Shown here: piece after piece, positions 8,262-17,651 of the stretch
How positions within the stretch are numbered: the first letter of the stretch is position 1
How the letters are laid out: each line of letters opens with the position of its first letter
Origin: Paramoeba atlantica
Lineage: Eukaryota > Protista > Discosea
Direction of reading: 5' to 3'
Length of the DNA stretch: 64,000 nt
Assembly: GCA_977017575.1 (NCBI GenBank)
Contig: CDRNVI010000009.1
Location: 620,001-684,000 of the forward strand
The notes under the pieces: generated by a model
The model's input: the letters and a program-made list of their open reading frames with translations, nothing else
Databases searched by the model: none
What the model was told of the DNA's origin: nothing
Program-made: the position numbers and the translations under genes

Positions 8262-9785
8262 GTGTATGGGGCTCCAACTACGATATTTAACTCGTCGTGT
8301 TCGCCGACTAAGGTTCTGAGGGGAGTCCGACAAGGCGACCCATTAGGACCGTTACTGTTTTCTCTCGGCTTGCACCAAATTCTTGGAAAATTGAAGGATG
8401 AGTTCAGTGATCTGACGCTTTGGGCTTACCTAGACGACCTTTCAATCATCGGCCCGGCAGAACGTGTCGCACAGGCGTTTGGCGCTCTCTATGATCACTC
8501 TTCGGGAATAGGACTGGAGGTACATCCGGCCAAATGTAAGCTTTCGACGCATTTCAATGACCAGTACGCTCCTTTCAGAGGCATGAACATAGAGCATGCG
8601 GAGCAAGGACAAAAGCTCCTAGGCGCATTCGTCTCCAAGGAAGGCGCGGATGAAACCAGATGGGTAGTCAACCCAATGCCTAAATTGCAGACATTCCTGG
8701 ATCGGCTGCAACATCTCTCGTTACAAAGTGCTTACATTTTGCTGAAGAGATGTGGAGTCCCCCGGTGGGACTACCTAATGAGGTGTCACGAGCCGGAGGT
8801 AACGGCAAAAGCGAACGTGTTAGCGGACAAGGCCATACAGGAGTGTTCCTCAGAGCTGCTAGGAGGCTTCGAAGACCTGGAAAAGAACCCGTTTCACAGT
8901 ACTCTCATGACGGGCGACCATTTGGGGGCGAAACCTTTTGCGCAGCAAGCGGCAACTCTGTATTCTCGCACAGAAGCTGAGGTATTAGGGTGTATGGAAA
9001 GACGACGTTCTGCCTTGACAAGATATGAAGAGTCGAAGTCAGCAGTGCGTAAAGAAACCAGCGAACTACATGACGTCCATTCACTTCAGTTGATGGACAA
9101 GAGAACGCGCAATTGGACAGAGACGCGTAGGAATCGGAGTGAGTACTTCACGCGCGACGCAGAATGGCAAACAGCCATGCGCATGCGATACTTGATAGCC
9201 CCTACTTCGGACCCTTTCGCACAATGTGAGTGCGGAGACATCCTCTCAAACAAAGATTTTGTTGTGCACGCCCTTGACTGCAATAAAGTCAAAGGCGACA
9301 CCGCGGCCACTCGCCACAAAATTGTTAAGAATGCCTTCGTGCACTTGCTACGACAGTACGGATTCACTCCTGACAATCATGAACCCCGATTCTCCGATGG
9401 TCAGGGCCCCGACGTCTGCTTTATGCTGGGAGGAAAGATATGTCTGGTGGACGTGACCGTCGTTAACCCTCTCGCCCCTTCTTATGTTACGGCCGAACGG
9501 GTAGCGCCTGGCAACACCCTAGAAAGGGTGGAAAGCTTGAAAGTAAAAGCGCACAGTGACATGGCCACGAAAAGGGGTATGCATTTCTACCCGCTTGCAG
9601 CTACCGTTTTTGGTGAGGCAGGGAAGCGCACCGTACTCCTCCTAAAGGAGATCGCAAGGTATACGTATGACAGGAAAGGTTTCCTGCGTCATGCACTACA
9701 AGCCATTGATGTTGCTGTTCAAAAAGGCAACGCCGCGATACTATCCTCCGCGGTAAAAGAGTGGAGGAAGGCGGGTGTCCGCTAA
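8262..9785 (+). CDS. CRE-clade non-LTR retrotransposon RT plus restriction-like endonuclease, N-terminally truncated
   Basis: RT motifs GVRQGDPLGPLLFS, AYLDD, GLEVHPAKC; CECG...HALDC zinc knuckle; RLE RHKIV...EPRFSDGQGPD...DVTVVNP...K...FYPLA..VFG. Confidence 0.9.
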   Translation: MYGAPTTIFNSSCSPTKVLRGVRQGDPLGPLLFSLGLHQILGKLKDEFSDLTLWAYLDDLSIIGPAERVAQAFGALYDHSSGIGLEVHPAKCKLSTHFNDQYAPFRGMNIEHAEQGQKLLGAFVSKEGADETRWVVNPMPKLQTFLDRLQHLSLQSAYILLKRCGVPRWDYLMRCHEPEVTAKANVLADKAIQECSSELLGGFEDLEKNPFHSTLMTGDHLGAKPFAQQAATLYSRTEAEVLGCMERRRSALTRYEESKSAVRKETSELHDVHSLQLMDKRTRNWTETRRNRSEYFTRDAEWQTAMRMRYLIAPTSDPFAQCECGDILSNKDFVVHALDCNKVKGDTAATRHKIVKNAFVHLLRQYGFTPDNHEPRFSDGQGPDVCFMLGGKICLVDVTVVNPLAPSYVTAERVAPGNTLERVESLKVKAHSDMATKRGMHFYPLAATVFGEAGKRTVLLLKEIARYTYDRKGFLRHALQAIDVAVQKGNAAILSSAVKEWRKAGVR

Positions 9786-9912
9786 TTATACTTATAAACG
9801 CTAGCAAAAGGTGTCTTTCTCTTTATATTTTCACAATTATTAATACTTAATTAAAAGTAATAGAAAACAAAGAAAAAGGCATGCCGTTTCTCCCTCACAC
9901 TTACCTCTACTT

Positions 9913-9992
9913 CCTTCTCCCTTACACTTCGTCGCTCATGCACATGAGGACGACGCCGGGCCTGGGACCGGTTACTAGCGTGTTTTGGAAGG
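9913..9992 (-). ncRNA. Twister ribozyme (type P1 with P5), copy B, general-base G appears mutated to A
   Basis: CCTTCC-AAA-ACAC-GC-TAGTA-A-CCGG-TCCCAGGC-CCGG-[P5 hairpin]-A-GTGT-AA-GGG-AGAAGG matches the O. sativa twister layout element by element. Confidence 0.85.
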
Positions 9993-10291
9993 CGTGATAA
10001 TGTATCTTTATCGTTAAAGATGACAAAAAGGTAGTGCAGTGAGTATGACAATCCAGGTAGTGCTGTATGAAGAAATACTACCAAGAGAGCAGGAAAAACA
10101 ACATCTGAGTATCCTGACGAAAGAAAAAAAATAGAAAGATTCCCACGGGAAAAACTCTTCAAAACTAACACCATGTGTATCGACGCTATGCGTATGAGTA
10201 TACAAACTTACTGAGTATACACTTCAACCTTACTGATTATACACTTCAACGAACAAGCGCTACAGTATTATGATTTTTGTTTTTACAATAA

Positions 10292-10582
10292 CTAGATTCT
10301 CATTATTATCAATGCCAGTACGACGCTAATGTAAAGGGCGCCTCTGTTTAAGCAAAACAAGAACAATCTGAATGCACGCACAAGGTGACAACCATGAAAC
10401 ACAAGGTCAATAATATTAGCGAAGGGGCTGCTGCTAGGGCAATCTCTTTGAAAATGTCCTTTTCCTTGACATGAATGACATGTCACTGCGGCACCACGAT
10501 ACTTATCGCGGGACACACACCACTTCGACGAGTGGCCATGACAAACCTCGCAACGAAGACTTCTCTCTGTCGTAGAGGCTTT
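10292..10582 (-). pseudogene. gag-like double zinc-knuckle remnant
   Basis: Open frame KASTTERSLR-CEVCHGHSSKWC-VSRDKYRGAAVT-CHSCQGKGHFQRDC (CX2CX4HX4C); in-frame TGA immediately upstream. Confidence 0.7.
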
Positions 10583-11101
10583 TCAAGGGAAGATATACTG
10601 TTCGCCTGAGTTCTGATACCCAGACGTGGGATAACCTTTCGGATGACCAATCGCCATCGGAGACGGAATCGCCTCGGAACCATCAGATGGTTTTGATGTT
10701 CATGTTTTGATGTTCATGCGCTCGTTGGCGCAGAGATACAGCCCTTGATGCGACAGCCGATATCATCGGCACAATCCGTAATGACGGATGTCGCACCAAG
10801 GGGGTTTAGCTCGGACTCTGTCGGTAGAGGGGGTCCAGGCAACTCGCCCTCTCTTTACGCAGCCGGAGGGGCGCACTGCAACCGACCGCTGCCTCGCGAT
10901 AAGACGAGGCAGAGCCACGCCCAGTGGTGCTCAAGGGAGGCCACCATGGCGCATGGCTCCCCGGGAAGGAAAGGGCGCGAAGGGAAGAAAGCCGGGGAGG
11001 GAAGAAAACCCACTCAAAGAGTGAGCCGGGGAGGGGTGATGGGGTGGAAGCGCGTCCGCTACTTCGCCGAGAAAGAGGGACAGTTTCGGCCTTAGTGCCG
11101 G

Positions 11102-11143
11102 CCGGCAACGGGCATATAACAGTAAGACTATGCCCGTTGCCGG
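11102..11143. other. Perfect 15-bp stem-loop
   Basis: CCGGCAACGGGCATA / TATGCCCGTTGCCGG with a 12-nt loop. Confidence 0.85.
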
Positions 11144-11171
11144 GGAAAGAAAAGATCAACTAAAGGAAAAT

Positions 11172-11214
11172 GTACCAACAAGGTACAGAAACTGTATCTT
11201 TTTTGCGTACCAAC
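11172..11214 (-). ncRNA. Spliced-leader (mini-exon)-like sequence with donor junction
   Basis: GTTGGTACGCAAAAAAGATACAGTTTCTGTACCTTGTTG|GTAC; the 16-nt GATACAGTTTCTGTAC core is followed 7 nt later by TTG|GTA, as in the 39-nt trypanosomatid SL exon. Confidence 0.65.
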
Positions 11215-11470
11215 TCCATAACGTCGAAACATCAAATCAAGTTTTCCACGATTTACATAGTCCGCCAAAACCTCTGGCTCTCCGAACACTATTGTACTTT
11301 ATGCACCGGTGCATCACACCCTAGAGGAGACAGTGATCCTCCAGAAAAACTATCCTCATCCTAGGGCTCGTTAGAGCACACTAGGGCCTTAGCCATAAAG
11401 GCCTCGGATAACAACACAAGATCCGGAGGTCACCTAGGGCTCGTAAAAGCGCACTAGGGATCATCACCAA

Positions 11471-11542
11471 ACTTCACCCTCAGACTTCGTCGCGGGGCGA
11501 CGATGCCGGGCTTGGGACTGGTGACAAGCGTATTTGTGAAGT
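11471..11542 (-). ncRNA. Twister ribozyme (type P1 with P5), copy A
   Basis: ACTTCA-CAA-ATAC-GC-TTGTC-A-CCAG-TCCCAAGC-CCGG-[P5]-A-GTCT-GA-GGG-TGAAGT; catalytic GA-GGG intact, one mismatch each in P2 and P4. Confidence 0.88.
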
Positions 11543-12075
11543 CCGTGATAATGTATCTTTATCGTTAAAGATACAGTTAAAGATAGTTAAAGACCGTGGC
11601 CTCTGCATGGTTCACTTCATACTTGAAGTCTGGAGGCCAAGAGCCACCTGTAATCTAGACCTGTTCGTCATCTAGGTACAGCTCCGCCCCCCATCCTTTA
11701 CTCGACGCATCAGTATCCAGGGGGGGTCACGAATTTCCGGGGGGTCTAAAATTTGTGTCGTGAGAGATTTTTTCGGGCGAACTATTTTAGTATTGAACCC
11801 TAAGAAAGACCCTAAATCAGTTTATGGTGTTGCCTTTGATTCTTTGCGACAAAAACATTTTCCGGTAAATTTTTTGTCGACCAAATTTCGGGCGAAATAT
11901 CGGGCCAAATTTTATTAATATGTGATAGCGAGGGAGTAGTATCTCCCTCAATAAGTAAATAGCCGTACCCCGGGTTATTAAGTCCTTTTGATTTTTCTTT
12001 AGCTTCTTATTCACCGATACTTTTGATCGTATCACGGAGCGATAAAAGGAACCTGACGCCCCCTTTTTTTCAGAA

Positions 12076-14487
12076 ATGCTACGCACCCGACTATGCTCCC
12101 GTCATCGCCACACCCCTCCAACCACCCTGGACCCCGCCCTCAAGCACCTTCGCAAAACCCTCGGGATCCGTTCCCTCACCCGCCAAGGCCTCTTCAAAAC
12201 CCGCGAAGGGGAGAGTGCCGGTCAATTCGGCCACGACCCCTACAACCGCCCCTACCCCATGATGACCCACACCGACTTTGGTTTCTTCGAACACGCCGCG
12301 GACACCCACCATGCCGAAATGGGCGCCATGCTCCCCCGTAAAGGTAAAGGTCTCCCCCCATGGTACCGTGGCGCGGACACCTACTCCCCCCTCTACAGTG
12401 AACAAGCCCGCTGGGAGGTCCACCGTCACACCATGGTAGCCCGCCACCCCCGGGAGTACAAACACCTCTTCCTGTTCTACCTCTCCCGCATCCGCCAGCC
12501 CTACCACGCCCCCCACTACCTCCCGCAGCAGTCCCTGCACTGGCTGCTCCGCATGCTCGTCGACAACCTCCCCCCGCAGCACATCCACTACCAGTCCGCC
12601 ATGGAGTGTCTCATGCACTTTGGGGAGTACGACATGGCCGTGGACGTGTGGCGGACCATGGAGCGCCAGCAGACCTGGCCCGAGGATAAGCTCATCGGGC
12701 TCTACCTCCAGCTGTGCGCGCTGGTCCGGGGCGCCGGGATGGCCCTGGAGTGCTGGAACCGGTACGCCAGCGAGAAGCGGTTTCTGGAGACCCACGAGGT
12801 GGATCCGAAGCCGGTGTCGCGGGTGCCGTTTGCGCTAACCCGGGAGGAGCTGTTTCATTTGCCAAAGTGGAAGAAGCATTTCGAGCATGACCCGAATCAG
12901 GATGTGGTGGACTTGAACCGGTTTAACACGACACGGAATATTTACCGGTGGATGTGTGCGGCGCTGTTAAGTGCGGGGGAGACGAAGCTGATGGAGGGGT
13001 TTCTGGGGGAGCTGGAGGAGAAACTGCTCGAGACCCCCACGCCGGTGCCCGAGCCCCCGAATCCGAGGATGCTCCCCCATCGGGAGACGTGGAGTCCGTA
13101 TCTGGAGCAAAAGCATATGGAGAACCCGACGTGGCGGTTTGAGGATGGCTACACCGCGGGTAAGGGTCTGGGGCCGCAGCGGCCGGAGCTCCGGGAGACC
13201 CACAGTAGGTTTCTCTCCAATGAGCAGTACCTGCTGCGGACGTACTGTACGCTGCTGGAAATGATCTATCGGCATGCTCCACGAAAAAAGGACAAGGAAG
13301 GGCGCTCTAAAAATTCAACACTACCGGTAGGGAATTCCACGCAGTTTTGTGAGAAAGGGATCGAGCGGTTTGCGGCGAATATTCCCGATCCCTACCAGTT
13401 TGGTGTTCGTCTGATGCAACGCTGTGAGAAGGTACTCGGTGAGGATCGGCTGCGAACACTCGACCTGCGACGGTATCTCCAAACCTGCCTGCGTCATCAT
13501 CGAGAACTGGGGAATGTCTCCGCGACCGAGCTCCACGATATTGCCCACGGGTTGTTACGTCCACGGCAGGAATCCCTTCATGGGGCACATTACTTGGAGC
13601 TGCTGCTTGGGATTGTGAATGAGGCCGAGAGCCAAGGGCCTCTGGAGGCGAGCGCGTGTCGGGAGCTTCTTCAAACCCTCATTCGACTTCTCCGGGAAAT
13701 GAATACCGCCCCGGGGATGACCTGGACCCTCGCGCACCATATGGCCGTACTCCGGGTTCTCGTGGGTTGTCGTACCGGCAAAGCCAATGCCTATTTTGTA
13801 CAAAACGTGCTACGAAAGTTTAAATGGACCGATGAGGCGATTGTGGTGCTCTACCGGGAGTACAAGCTCCATCCCGATGTGAATTCCTGGGCAGAGCACA
13901 CGAAACGCGCCCTGATCTGGGCCGCGCGGTATAATGTGCGGGTCTCCGAAACCACACGTCGTCTGATTGAGGAGGACTATGAGGTAATTGGGGTACAGAT
14001 GCGTACGACCCAGGAGTTGATGACCTTCGCGTACCGAAGTAAAAGTGAGGAGAAGCAGAGAGCGGACCCGAGCGCACAGCTGCCGAATCCCGTGATGGAT
14101 CGTGTGGTGCACGCGCTGCCGTTTCCCGACCGCGATACCGGGTTTATGAACGAATACGGAGAGCTTGGACAATGGAGGAGCCCAAATGTCGGGACCGGGG
14201 CGAAAGGACCGGGGTACTGGGCTCCTCGGATGTATGGGGAACACCAGCAGGGGTACCACGCGGAGTGGAGGGACCGCAGCGACCCGATGTGCCCCGTGAA
14301 ACTCCCCTCCCCGTTTGATCGTAAGTACAAGGCGTTTGCCCGGGGCAAGCACCCGAGTTATGACATGACGTATGCCGGACCGCATCCAGAAATCTTTCCT
14401 GACCGGCATAATTGGAGACGACGGACGCGGTGGGACTTCCAGGATGTGCATAAGCAGGGGAAGTTCCGCATGCATGGACCGTATTAA
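12076..14487 (+). CDS. Mitochondrion-targeted helical-repeat (PPR-like) protein, possibly a kinetoplastid mitoribosomal or RNA-binding protein
   Basis: 803 aa; Arg-rich MLRTRLCSRH presequence; PPR-like YQSAMECLMHFGEYDMAVDVWRTME; aromatic/Pro-rich C-terminus. Confidence 0.55.
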   Translation: MLRTRLCSRHRHTPPTTLDPALKHLRKTLGIRSLTRQGLFKTREGESAGQFGHDPYNRPYPMMTHTDFGFFEHAADTHHAEMGAMLPRKGKGLPPWYRGADTYSPLYSEQARWEVHRHTMVARHPREYKHLFLFYLSRIRQPYHAPHYLPQQSLHWLLRMLVDNLPPQHIHYQSAMECLMHFGEYDMAVDVWRTMERQQTWPEDKLIGLYLQLCALVRGAGMALECWNRYASEKRFLETHEVDPKPVSRVPFALTREELFHLPKWKKHFEHDPNQDVVDLNRFNTTRNIYRWMCAALLSAGETKLMEGFLGELEEKLLETPTPVPEPPNPRMLPHRETWSPYLEQKHMENPTWRFEDGYTAGKGLGPQRPELRETHSRFLSNEQYLLRTYCTLLEMIYRHAPRKKDKEGRSKNSTLPVGNSTQFCEKGIERFAANIPDPYQFGVRLMQRCEKVLGEDRLRTLDLRRYLQTCLRHHRELGNVSATELHDIAHGLLRPRQESLHGAHYLELLLGIVNEAESQGPLEASACRELLQTLIRLLREMNTAPGMTWTLAHHMAVLRVLVGCRTGKANAYFVQNVLRKFKWTDEAIVVLYREYKLHPDVNSWAEHTKRALIWAARYNVRVSETTRRLIEEDYEVIGVQMRTTQELMTFAYRSKSEEKQRADPSAQLPNPVMDRVVHALPFPDRDTGFMNEYGELGQWRSPNVGTGAKGPGYWAPRMYGEHQQGYHAEWRDRSDPMCPVKLPSPFDRKYKAFARGKHPSYDMTYAGPHPEIFPDRHNWRRRTRWDFQDVHKQGKFRMHGPY

Positions 14488-14699
14488 GGAACGGGGTCGG
14501 GAAGGGGGAGTTGTAGATGTAGTCGTAGTTTACTGAACCCCATAGGTACGTGTGTGTAGAAGTGTAAATTGGGGGTAGGTGAGTTTAATGATAGTAAAAA
14601 AAGAGACGTAGATTTGTTAAAATTTCGCGCGTTGTTTTCATGCGTTTTTTTGTAACGAAATTTGGAGTACAAAAGACTACAAAACCCAGCCTTTCCCCC

Positions 14700-16322
14700 A
14701 TGACCTGCCCCCGTCGTCGTTGTTTCTACGACGTCCTTAACGTCACCTCCTTCGCCACCGCTTCCGAAATCCAAACCGCGTACCGCCAACTCGCGCTGCT
14801 GTGGCACCCCGACAAGAACCCCCACCGGGTCGCCCAGGCGGAGGCCATGTTTAAGGAACTCGCCCACGCCTACGGGGTGCTGTCGAACCCCCCGGAGCGC
14901 GCGTGGTACGATAACCACAAGGAACAAATCTTAAACCCGAGTTATGATGAAACGAATTCGAAGAACCATAAAAATAGAGAAGATGACGACCTGGAGGCTC
15001 AGCTCTATCGCTATTTCAGTGAGGCCTGCTATACCGGATATGGGGACGACAATGAAAAAGGGTTTTATGCGGTTTACCGGTGTGTGTTTGAGGAGATTGC
15101 GAAACGAGAGCGTGAGGGAGGAGGGGGAGGAGGCAAAGCGGCGAGAGGAGGAAAAACGGCAAACGCGAGTACGGATTCAACGGTATTGCCCTCGTTTGGG
15201 GATACCACAACGCCGGGACATGAAACTTTGTTTTTTTACAACGCCTGGGAAGATTTTACGACGCGTTTATCGTTTGCGCACTGTGAGGAGCATAAAGAGT
15301 TTGAGGCCAGCTGCCGACAAGAGCGTAAGGCGATGGCAAGAGAAAATGCGCGACTCCGAGGGGAAGCCCAGCGGTCGTATTCCACAACCGTCCGAATGTT
15401 ACGGCGATACGTGATGACATTAGACCCGCGGGTCGGGGAGGCACAAAAAGAACAGCAGAAGAAAAGAGAAGAAAAATTAGCCATCGCTGAGGTGTTGAGG
15501 TTAGAAAAGTTACAAAGACATGCCGAGAGTGTAGCAGCGGATTTGGAAGCAAAATCGGCCGAGGAGTTGCATGAGGAGGAGATGCGATTTCAGGAACATG
15601 AGGCGTTGTATGAAGCTTTAATGGAGCAACAAAGTGAGGGGAGAAGAAAAGGAAGGGGAAGACGAGGGAAAGGGAAGGAAAATGATACGCAGAGTAGTCA
15701 CAATACGACAGAGGGTGAAAAGGGAGAAGAGAAGGAAGGGGTAGAACCGGAAGAGGGAGATGTTGCAAATGGAGAGAATGATAGTGTCTGTGAAAACAAG
15801 GAGATAAACGCAGCAAATGAGACTGAACTGGTCTCCGAGGCGAAATCGGTGGTAACCCAAGAGGACACCACAACTAGTTCTTTTGATTGTAGACCTTGTA
15901 AAAAGTTTTTTAAGTCGATGAATTCTTATCAAACGCACCTACAATCTTCCAAACACAAGGCCACGATGCGAGCCATGGAGAACGACAAGACTACGAATTG
16001 CAGTTCTGGGATGGCTGATGATATGACGCACCGTACCACATCTCTTCACAAACTAACGTTAACTTCTGAATCGAGCAATTCTTCACAGAGTCATTCGCAA
16101 GGAGCAAGGAATGGAAGGCCCAATACATCGAATATTCATTCTGAAAGCACCAAAAACGACAGTAAGAAGAACGTGACACACGGTCCGAAACCCCATAAAA
16201 ATCCTAAGAATAAAACAAAAGTACCCAAAGAACAAAATATACGAGACAACAATGTGGGAAGAGAATCGGGGACTGAAGATGAGAGCATTGAGGATGAGGG
16301 AGCACGTTGTTCTATTTTCTAG
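14700..16322 (+). CDS. DNAJC21: J-domain protein with C2H2 zinc finger (DNAJC21/Jjj1 family)
   Basis: J domain with WHPDKNP, ERAWYDNHKEQIL, FYNAWEDFTT, C-terminal FDCRPCKKFFKSMNSYQTHLQSSKH. Confidence 0.85.
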   Translation: MTCPRRRCFYDVLNVTSFATASEIQTAYRQLALLWHPDKNPHRVAQAEAMFKELAHAYGVLSNPPERAWYDNHKEQILNPSYDETNSKNHKNREDDDLEAQLYRYFSEACYTGYGDDNEKGFYAVYRCVFEEIAKREREGGGGGGKAARGGKTANASTDSTVLPSFGDTTTPGHETLFFYNAWEDFTTRLSFAHCEEHKEFEASCRQERKAMARENARLRGEAQRSYSTTVRMLRRYVMTLDPRVGEAQKEQQKKREEKLAIAEVLRLEKLQRHAESVAADLEAKSAEELHEEEMRFQEHEALYEALMEQQSEGRRKGRGRRGKGKENDTQSSHNTTEGEKGEEKEGVEPEEGDVANGENDSVCENKEINAANETELVSEAKSVVTQEDTTTSSFDCRPCKKFFKSMNSYQTHLQSSKHKATMRAMENDKTTNCSSGMADDMTHRTTSLHKLTLTSESSNSSQSHSQGARNGRPNTSNIHSESTKNDSKKNVTHGPKPHKNPKNKTKVPKEQNIRDNNVGRESGTEDESIEDEGARCSIF

Positions 16323-16460
16323 CTCCTTTCATAATGCCAACCTTGTGTAGAACTTTATACTTTTAGCCTCATTTCAGTCAACGATGCTTTGTGAAGTAAA
16401 CCCTTTTTATTCTTTGATTCGGTCATCTTTTCATTGATTCTTACCTCACCACATACACAC

Positions 16461-17651
16461 ATGCGGCACTTCACCCCCACCACCGTATTTCATACAGAAA
16501 ACCCACTGGAGTCTCTCATCAATCTCGACGCCCTTCCAAAGCTTCCCCTCTCACCTCCACATGCCATCGGTGAGGAAGAATTTGACGACTTGTCCGATCA
16601 CACCTCCGATCACCCCAACCACCCAATGTGCAACAAAAACGATGAGGATACGGAAAACACCCTTACCCACCCTTTCCAACACCTCCACATATCCCCCCAT
16701 CCCCATTCTTCCCCTTCTTCCTCCTTTATCCCCAAAACCTCATCCTCTCGACTCCCTTTGTCCGATTCCACGAATCTCAATCATGTCGCATCCCACCCTA
16801 CCCGAATGCTTCCCCCAAAGCCGGTCCTCTCCAAACACCCTTCCCCCCTTTCTACCCTTTCTAATCTTTCCCCTCTTTCTTCTTCCTCTTTTTCCCCCTA
16901 TCCCCCCTCTTCTTTTTATTCTTCTTCCTCTTCCTCTTCCTTTTCTTCATCCCCTTATTTGCCCCATCCCCTGCGTTCTCTTCTATCGTACCACACCATT
17001 GCTGTGGGGTTCAAATACGGAAGCACGCGGTACTATCCCAGTCCCTCCCCTCTGCCCTGCGGGGCCTACGTGTTGGTGGATGCCGACCGGGGGGTGGATT
17101 TAGGGAGAGTTACGCATTTAGGGGATAAGAAAAGCAATAATAATAAGAATAATAATGAGAAGAATGAGCATAAAGAGGAAAAGAATATGAATAAGAATGA
17201 AGAAAAGAGTGAAAATAGAATGGGGAGAATGGAGGAGGGGAATTGGGAGAACCAAAGTTGTAATGTTCCTATTCCGGTGCATCCGTTAATGTCGAAAACG
17301 ATGAATCAAGAAAAATTTCCCGATTCTAGAAATATTAAAATCGAATCGGGTCGAATTTTACGTTTAGCGACATTGGAGGAGTGCAAACAATTTCAGAATG
17401 AGGTCTGTATTTTGGAATACCATGCAGCTCGGATCTGTGCGGAATATGCGTTAACCTATCGCTTACCGTTGCTGGTGTTGGGTTGCGCCTACCAGTATGA
17501 CCGAAAGAAGGTTACGTTTTATTTCTATGCGGAGCACGGGTTGGATTTCCGATCTCTGATTCGGGAACTGTTTCGTGTATTTGGGTCTCGGATTTGGCTG
17601 CAGAACGTCAATGGGAATGCCCCGGGGTGGGGAGGAGGGAAGGAGGTGTAG
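16461..17651 (+). CDS. PSP1 C-terminal domain protein
   Basis: YVLVDADRGVDLGRV ... ILRLAT ... AYQYDRKKVTFYFYAEHGLDFRSLIRELFRVFGSRIWLQNV. Confidence 0.85.
   Translation: MRHFTPTTVFHTENPLESLINLDALPKLPLSPPHAIGEEEFDDLSDHTSDHPNHPMCNKNDEDTENTLTHPFQHLHISPHPHSSPSSSFIPKTSSSRLPLSDSTNLNHVASHPTRMLPPKPVLSKHPSPLSTLSNLSPLSSSSFSPYPPSSFYSSSSSSSFSSSPYLPHPLRSLLSYHTIAVGFKYGSTRYYPSPSPLPCGAYVLVDADRGVDLGRVTHLGDKKSNNNKNNNEKNEHKEEKNMNKNEEKSENRMGRMEEGNWENQSCNVPIPVHPLMSKTMNQEKFPDSRNIKIESGRILRLATLEECKQFQNEVCILEYHAARICAEYALTYRLPLLVLGCAYQYDRKKVTFYFYAEHGLDFRSLIRELFRVFGSRIWLQNVNGNAPGWGGGKEV

Noticed and set aside
11075-11105. Hammerhead ribozyme suggested by minus-strand GGCC..GGCCGAAAC
   Set aside because: No CUGANGA core before stem II
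574-11978. piggyBac-like ends TTAA|CCCGGGG(A/T)ACGG at 578 and 11974 enclosing the whole TE zone
   Set aside because: Only about 12 bp match, the right flank is TTAT, there is no subterminal similarity and no piggyBac transposase is visible
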